Assembly: GCA_964549305.1 (NCBI GenBank)
Contig: CAZJVM010000045.1
Location: 1-20,921, forward strand
Source of the DNA: an uncultured bacterium
GTDB lineage: Bacteria > Schekmanbacteria > GWA2-38-11 > J061
DNA length: 20,921 bases
Direction of reading: 5' to 3'
Positions within the stretch are counted from its first letter, which is position 1; each line of letters opens with the position of its first letter. The position numbers and the translations under genes are program-made. The notes under the pieces are model-generated. The model did not search any database. It had not been told where the DNA came from and saw nothing but the letters and a program-made list of their open reading frames with translations. Below, piece after piece: positions 15,644 through 20,921 of the stretch.

Positions 15644-17712
15644 TTTTTCAAATGGAAAAGATATTTTGGGGATATAAAATCTCTTTTGCCGGAAGGCATT
15701 TTCCAGCAGACTACAAACCCCGGATTACGCGGATTTTTGATTTCCGCCTTCAAAATGTGAAAACCCTTTTCAATCTCCGGACCAAATACTTCCGCACCGT
15801 GAATCCTTTCATAGGGTTTGATAAGTTCGTCGTCGATGAAAAACTTCGTATCTCCGTCTGCAAGCATATAGATTTCGTATTTTCCCCTTTCGGGAGTTTT
15901 AAGGATTGTCGAAATGCGGATTGATATTGTGCCTTCGGGAAGTTTCTCCTCATCGAGGAGTGCTGTAGTGTGAATATTTCTCGTCTTTATGATTTTATCT
16001 TCAGGTAAGCTTATGTAACTTACGCTTACAGGGGAATAATTGCCGAACTTTTCCAAGTTTTTCGCGGCAAAAAGGTATGGCGATTCATAAAGGGACAACA
16101 ACCTCACATCGTCGAGGGTTGTGGTGTACCCGGGAGTAAGAAAATTGTAATAAAACCATTCGAGCTTTCTGAAAACGCCCTGCCTCGAATTTAACAGCAG
16201 ATAGTCATAGCTTTGTGAAAAGGTAAAGGCATCATCTGTTGACAGAGAATTGTCAAGAAGGCGTTTGCCAACCATACCGTTTTCATTATAAAATACAAGT
16301 TGCCTTGATTTTAAGGGAAGTCCGCCATAAAGTATTTGTTTGTGCGCATATTTATCTTCCAGAACATCCAAAAACTTTTTGTTGAATGCGTCGCCCCAAT
16401 AAGTGGTTTCAAAACCTGCTTTGTTCGCGCCTCTTATTCCTCCTGTAAAAATATTGTAATAGGATAATTCAAAGGGATGTATTCCCGTAAGCGCAAAAAA
16501 GGGGAAAGACAGATACAGAAGTATTAATGCCGTTTTCCAGACATTGCCTTTGATAAAAGAGGTAAGAAAATAGTCAATTCCTATGCCCGATACGCAGGCA
16601 ATAAAGGCGAAAGCGGGAAGGAAAAGCCGCACGCCGTCATATTTAGGAATTCCCGGCGCCGAAGCCACTGCAATCATAATTACGGCATTTAAAAGAAGAA
16701 GAAGCGCAATGCTCCATCCCTCTTCAGTATGGACTCCGTTGTTTTTTACTATGTTTATGTTTTTTTTAATAATAATTGCCGTACCGTAAAAGAAGGCAAC
16801 GAGAATTAACGGCGGGATAGTTATAGAAAGCATTACGGGCACATAATGCCACGGCATCGTAGATGAAAGAGTTTCGCCGAGATAATATGTTTTTTTGAAA
16901 TTAGTGGAGAGGTCGCCTATCTGATCGCCTTCGAAACCCAACATTCTTGAAAATGTGTCATACCACAACCAGGGCCAGGAGAGTATGAAAACGGGAAGGG
17001 AAAAAAGCCCCGCGGAAATGGTGTTGTTTCGTATTCGCGAATCTTTTGTCAATACAAACCACGTCAACAGGGCAACAGGAATCAACGCCGCGTGAATCTT
17101 AGTTGAAAGCGCGAGACCGAAAATAAACCCTGTGGCAAGAGCCCATTTTTTGTTATCAAGTCCACGTATAAATGAGTAGATTGTGATAAACCACATTGCC
17201 GACACGGGAGTGTCAAGGGCGAATATATGCGCGTGACCGAATACTCTCGGAATAAGCGCGAATGAAAACCCGGAGAGAATGCCCGCGCGAATTCCAAAAA
17301 ATCTTGAGATAATGAGGAATATAAGCATTACTTCCAGCGAGAAAAAAATTGCCGAAGGCATCCTGTATGCCCGCATTTCTCCCACAAAGGGAGTAAGAAG
17401 TTTCCACGAAATGCCTCCGAGAATCCGCGCGAATGGCGGGTGCCAGTTGATTCTTCCACCGTCTGAAATTGCTTCGAAATATTTGTCTATTACCGGTCTG
17501 GATACAAAAGTGAAATCCCCTGATAAAATATCGTTTATGGCAAGATTAGTCCATTCCACATATATTCTCGCGGCGTCATCATTAAGATAAATTTCGTCCC
17601 AGGTGATTCCAATGTCCTTTTGAGTGACGCTTACCGAAACAAGCGCCAAAAAAAAGAATGCAATAGCAATTGCCCTGCGGTTTCTTTTTTCAGCTGAAAA
17701 TGTTTCTTCCAT
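15640..17712 (-). CDS. GT-C fold membrane glycosyltransferase (PMT_2/GT39, ArnT-like) with C-terminal PA14-like domain
   Basis: Many TM segments; TWDE and HPP in the first loop, GLAxxTK, YD..R, LSYYN...GG, ETTYWG. C-terminus resembles PA14 (L..P..G.Y....AD......ID, G.H, W..P). Confidence 0.85.
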   Translation of the reverse strand: MEETFSAEKRNRRAIAIAFFFLALVSVSVTQKDIGITWDEIYLNDDAARIYVEWTNLAINDILSGDFTFVSRPVIDKYFEAISDGGRINWHPPFARILGGISWKLLTPFVGEMRAYRMPSAIFFSLEVMLIFLIISRFFGIRAGILSGFSFALIPRVFGHAHIFALDTPVSAMWFITIYSFIRGLDNKKWALATGFIFGLALSTKIHAALIPVALLTWFVLTKDSRIRNNTISAGLFSLPVFILSWPWLWYDTFSRMLGFEGDQIGDLSTNFKKTYYLGETLSSTMPWHYVPVMLSITIPPLILVAFFYGTAIIIKKNINIVKNNGVHTEEGWSIALLLLLNAVIMIAVASAPGIPKYDGVRLFLPAFAFIACVSGIGIDYFLTSFIKGNVWKTALILLYLSFPFFALTGIHPFELSYYNIFTGGIRGANKAGFETTYWGDAFNKKFLDVLEDKYAHKQILYGGLPLKSRQLVFYNENGMVGKRLLDNSLSTDDAFTFSQSYDYLLLNSRQGVFRKLEWFYYNFLTPGYTTTLDDVRLLSLYESPYLFAAKNLEKFGNYSPVSVSYISLPEDKIIKTRNIHTTALLDEEKLPEGTISIRISTILKTPERGKYEIYMLADGDTKFFIDDELIKPYERIHGAEVFGPEIEKGFHILKAEIKNPRNPGFVVCWKMPSGKRDFISPKYLFHLKK

Positions 17713-17727
17713 AGTTTTTATAATTGC

Positions 17728-19212
17728 TTAAGGTGAATTGGAATTGGAAGAAAAGAGATAAAAGTTTTCATTACGAAATGTCCCGTTCCACTTTTTATAC
17801 TCTTTCAAAATCGGGTATTCCTCTTCTTCCATTGTCACAAAAAGCTCTGCGCCTTTATGAATGAAACTTTCAATATCATTCATATTCGTTAACTCATTTT
17901 TTCGTATATACCACCCCCGTCTGTCTGAAAGGTAAAAAAGCGCAGGCAGAGGTGTCTTATCCGGAGTACCGCAGACTGCTATCAAATTTTCTTTTTTGGA
18001 ATTACCGGCGATAAACCGCGCCATTTCAAGAAGTCGGTTATCCTTTTTATACAATCCGCCTTCAATGTATAAATCTCCCGTGAGCGCTAAATAACTTCCC
18101 GATACCAATGCGAATATGAAAATCAGAAGGGTGAAGGCGGTTTTAAGTTTTATCTTCATAAGGTTGTGCTTAAGGGGAATGATTGCCTTACCGGTGATAA
18201 TAGCGAAAGGAGGCAGAAAGGAAATCAGGTAATAGTCGTGGGCATAAAATCCCACAGAGACTGCGACTGCAATGAGAGGAAGAAGAATAAGCCAAAGATA
18301 GATAAAACGGTTTTTCTTCATTCCATTATTCAGGAAAATGCCCGCAAGGAAAAAAATCAGACCGAAAGGGGTGAGGATGAGATAGAAAACGCGCCTGAAG
18401 ATTTTTTCATAGAACGACCAGTTCACCAGGTCTGAATAAGTCCCGAATTTTAGAAATCCTCCGGAGAATATGCCGAAGGTTATCCCCGTATCAAGATAAA
18501 TAAAATAAGCGTGGGCATACCAAATTATTGGTGGCAGAAGCGAGATTAGCGAGAAAATAGCGGCATTTTTTAACGTTTCTTTTCTTTTGTTTCCCCTGTC
18601 GATTATTATGAGAAACAACGGGAGAAGGAGAAAAAGCACGAGCACTTTTATGAGAAGCGCGAAAGCGAATGAGAAGGACGAAAGAATAAGAAATAACCTT
18701 TTTTCGCTTTTCTGCCATTTAAGCAAAAGGAAAAATGATAAAAGAATGAAAAAAAGCAAAAGGGATTCAGGCATAAAAGTGCGGTAGTAATAAACTGACA
18801 TAGGCGAAACCGAAAAGATGAATGCCGAGGCGAGACCTGCAGTGCCGTCATACATAATTTTCCCTATGAGAAATATGAGAAACGCTGACAGAGGGTAAAG
18901 CATAACGGAAAAAAATCTTCCCGCCTTAAAATCAATGCCCTTTACGCGGTAAATGAGGGATACGGAATAGGGGAAAAGGGGAAATTCACTCTCTACGAAT
19001 CCTTCGCTGTTCCCCCCCCAGTCAATCTGCGGATAAAGTATTGAAGTACCGTTTCGGTAAAAATTTCTTGCCATCGATGCGGTGTCGCACTGCCTCCATT
19101 CCTGATGGTCAACAGGAGGTGAGTCGACTTTATACAACCTCGCGGCAACTCCCAAAATCAGGATAATGGTTAAAAACGCCACTGTTGCTATCTTATTTGC
19201 TGATTCATTCAT
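17728..19212 (-). CDS. GT-C fold membrane glycosyltransferase (PMT_2/GT39, ArnT-like)
   Basis: WRQCDTA.MARNF, PQIDWGG...G.VESEFP, YRTFMPE, HDYY; many TM helices. Confidence 0.85.
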   Translation of the reverse strand: MNESANKIATVAFLTIILILGVAARLYKVDSPPVDHQEWRQCDTASMARNFYRNGTSILYPQIDWGGNSEGFVESEFPLFPYSVSLIYRVKGIDFKAGRFFSVMLYPLSAFLIFLIGKIMYDGTAGLASAFIFSVSPMSVYYYRTFMPESLLLFFILLSFFLLLKWQKSEKRLFLILSSFSFAFALLIKVLVLFLLLPLFLIIIDRGNKRKETLKNAAIFSLISLLPPIIWYAHAYFIYLDTGITFGIFSGGFLKFGTYSDLVNWSFYEKIFRRVFYLILTPFGLIFFLAGIFLNNGMKKNRFIYLWLILLPLIAVAVSVGFYAHDYYLISFLPPFAIITGKAIIPLKHNLMKIKLKTAFTLLIFIFALVSGSYLALTGDLYIEGGLYKKDNRLLEMARFIAGNSKKENLIAVCGTPDKTPLPALFYLSDRRGWYIRKNELTNMNDIESFIHKGAELFVTMEEEEYPILKEYKKWNGTFRNENFYLFSSNSNSP

Positions 19213-19292
19213 TCTTATAAATAATTTTTATGGAATGATATATAATAACAGATAAAGAAATTATTATTGAAAATAAAAAAGGCGCTTTTCCT

Positions 19293-20441
19293 ATGAAAGT
19301 TGCGTTGGTTACGCACGAAACATTCTTTCCTGTCAAAGGCGGGGGGACGATAAGGGTTTTGGAAATTGCCCGGGCATTCAGGAGAAAAGGGCATAAGGTA
19401 AAAATTTATGCTCCCTACGGGCACACCTACAATGGCGAAACTGAAGTTACTACGGGTATAGAGTATCGCGGTATATGCAATATTGAAAGATTCAAAACAA
19501 AAAACAAGGAAGCCGCGTACATAAGGTTTATTCTGAAAACTTCTCTTATCCTCCTTTTTGAAAAGTATGACTTTCTCTTCTCACATATTGCCGTTGCCGG
19601 TGCATCGGCGGTGCCATCGAGAATTTTGAAAAAATGTCCTTCGCATATAGACCTCGATGATATAATTTCCGGATTGTCTTCCATGGTTGTTGTTAAAAAT
19701 GTTATTCCCCTTTTTGAATCCTTCATTCCCCTTTTCTTTGATTCAGTATCATGTATGTCAAAGGCGCTCGCGAAAAATGTTTTGACGCGCCGCAGTGATA
19801 ATGTGCATATTGTGCCGCACGGAGCGGATTTGAAGCTTTTTAAACCTGTTGAAAAAAGTGTAAGAGAAAAAGGGCATTTTGTTTTTTCGGGAGGCATGGA
19901 AGCGCACGACGGAATTGACCTTATTTTAAATGCCGTAAATCTGCTTAAAGAGAAATATCCATTCATCAGGGTTACGATAATAGGCGACGGAAGCAAACTT
20001 GAAGATTCAATTACGTTATGCGGAAACCTCGGGCTAAAGGAAAACATCTACTTTACGGGATGGCTTAATCACGAAGAAGTGCCTTCCTTCCACAGACGCG
20101 CCTGCGCGGGACTTATATGCGATAAAAAAGCGCCTGCAACGGAAGTTGCCCTTGTTGTGCGCGGCGTGGAATATATGGCTTCCGGCATTCCTGTAATTGC
20201 TTGCGATAATGAAGGGAATAAAGAGCTCGTAACGGAAGGTGAAAATGGCCTTTTTTTTAAAAGCGGAGACCACATTTCACTTTCGCGGAAGATGGAGTGG
20301 ATAATCTCCAATCCGGAAGAAGCGCAGAATATGGGAAACAATGGAAGAAAATACGCTGAGGAACATTTTTCGTGGGCAAGGAACGCGTCGCGAATAGTTG
20401 AAATATGTGAATCGACTTATTCAACCTATGAAACAAGGTGA
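19293..20441 (+). CDS. Glycosyltransferase family 4 (GT-B)
   Basis: FFP..GGG, GH.V, VPHGAD, IIGDG, FTGW, EYMASGIPVI, G.NG, MG.NGR, FSW. Confidence 0.92.
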   Translation: MKVALVTHETFFPVKGGGTIRVLEIARAFRRKGHKVKIYAPYGHTYNGETEVTTGIEYRGICNIERFKTKNKEAAYIRFILKTSLILLFEKYDFLFSHIAVAGASAVPSRILKKCPSHIDLDDIISGLSSMVVVKNVIPLFESFIPLFFDSVSCMSKALAKNVLTRRSDNVHIVPHGADLKLFKPVEKSVREKGHFVFSGGMEAHDGIDLILNAVNLLKEKYPFIRVTIIGDGSKLEDSITLCGNLGLKENIYFTGWLNHEEVPSFHRRACAGLICDKKAPATEVALVVRGVEYMASGIPVIACDNEGNKELVTEGENGLFFKSGDHISLSRKMEWIISNPEEAQNMGNNGRKYAEEHFSWARNASRIVEICESTYSTYETR

Positions 20442-20517
20442 TGATTTATAAATTAGTCACTCTGTGCAAAAGAGCAATGACAGCGAATAAAAACTAAAAG
20501 GATTTTGTCTTTTTAAA

Positions 20518-20921
20518 ATGTATGTGACCTTTACAATAGATTGCGAAAGCCCTTTAGATGAAATCCACTTTGAGGATTCTGTATTTGCCGAAATATCGGG
20601 TAAAGATTACGGAGTAGGGCTTATCTCCGACACATTGCAAAAAGCCGGTTTCAGGGGCAGTTTTTTTGTTGATACCTGCGCGGAAGATTTATTTGGCGAA
20701 GAGATTGTATTAAAAACCGCGCGTCTTCTTTCGCAAAAAAATCAGGATGTGCAGATTCACGCGCATCCCCAAAAGGGTGAATTTTGCCAAATAAGTGACA
20801 ACGGGAAACGAAGAATTATTGACAGGGGATGCAATCTTATTTTTAAAGCAACGGGGAAATTGCCCTCTGCCTTCAGGGCAGGCAGTTATATGATGGATGA
20901 AGAAAGTTTTCCTCTCTTAAA
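20518..20921 (+). CDS. Polysaccharide deacetylase (NodB/CE4-like), truncated by the window end
   Basis: Not in the ORF track. Open from ATG 20518 to the end: MYVTFTIDCE...G.RGSFFV...QDVQIHAHP...FRAGSY, with CE4-type motifs (TxDxE, metal-binding His pair, FRAG). Confidence 0.85.
   Translation, partial: MYVTFTIDCESPLDEIHFEDSVFAEISGKDYGVGLISDTLQKAGFRGSFFVDTCAEDLFGEEIVLKTARLLSQKNQDVQIHAHPQKGEFCQISDNGKRRIIDRGCNLIFKATGKLPSAFRAGSYMMDEESFPLL

Noticed and set aside
167-20341. Many antisense or alternate-frame ORFs (e.g. 167-781, 2869-3339, 6171-6611, 10619-11032, 19427-20047)
   Set aside because: They lie essentially within well-supported genes, have shadow-like composition and show no recognisable motifs.
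1-20921. CRISPR array, IS/transposase, integrase, tRNA, rRNA
   Set aside because: No regularly spaced repeats, mobile-element ORFs or cloverleaf/rRNA signatures seen; most intergenic gaps are too short.

Overview
Bacterial chromosomal window, moderately AT-rich and mostly housekeeping/metabolic, with no mobile element, CRISPR array, rRNA or tRNA that I can see. Left: acyl-CoA dehydrogenase followed by the 5' end of a class-III (4-aminobutyrate-type) aminotransferase (-), an orphan membrane-anchored protein (+), and a minus-strand run of biotin carboxylase, biotin-carrier protein and coaBC. Middle (+): pyrF, a divergent GalT-fold protein, archease, RtcB, a Zn-finger BCAM0308/NMD3-like protein, nicotinate phosphoribosyltransferase, a 76-aa protein, Hsp20 and Lon. 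Right: miaA coupled behind two GT-C (PMT/ArnT-like) glycosyltransferases (-), then a GT4 and a truncated polysaccharide deacetylase (+). The most striking unexplained element is 2143-2505. It holds a complete sigma-54 promoter layout (palindrome, IHF-like site, -24/-12) driving about 230 nt with no credible ORF and ending in an intrinsic terminator. This is a candidate unannotated sRNA with repeated AUGAUGA/CUGA and anti-Shine-Dalgarno motifs. Second is the archease-RtcB cluster, flanked by a GalT-fold protein with an HxHxH (hydrolase-type) motif and an NMD3-like protein. All family calls come from motif recognition by eye; no searches were run.
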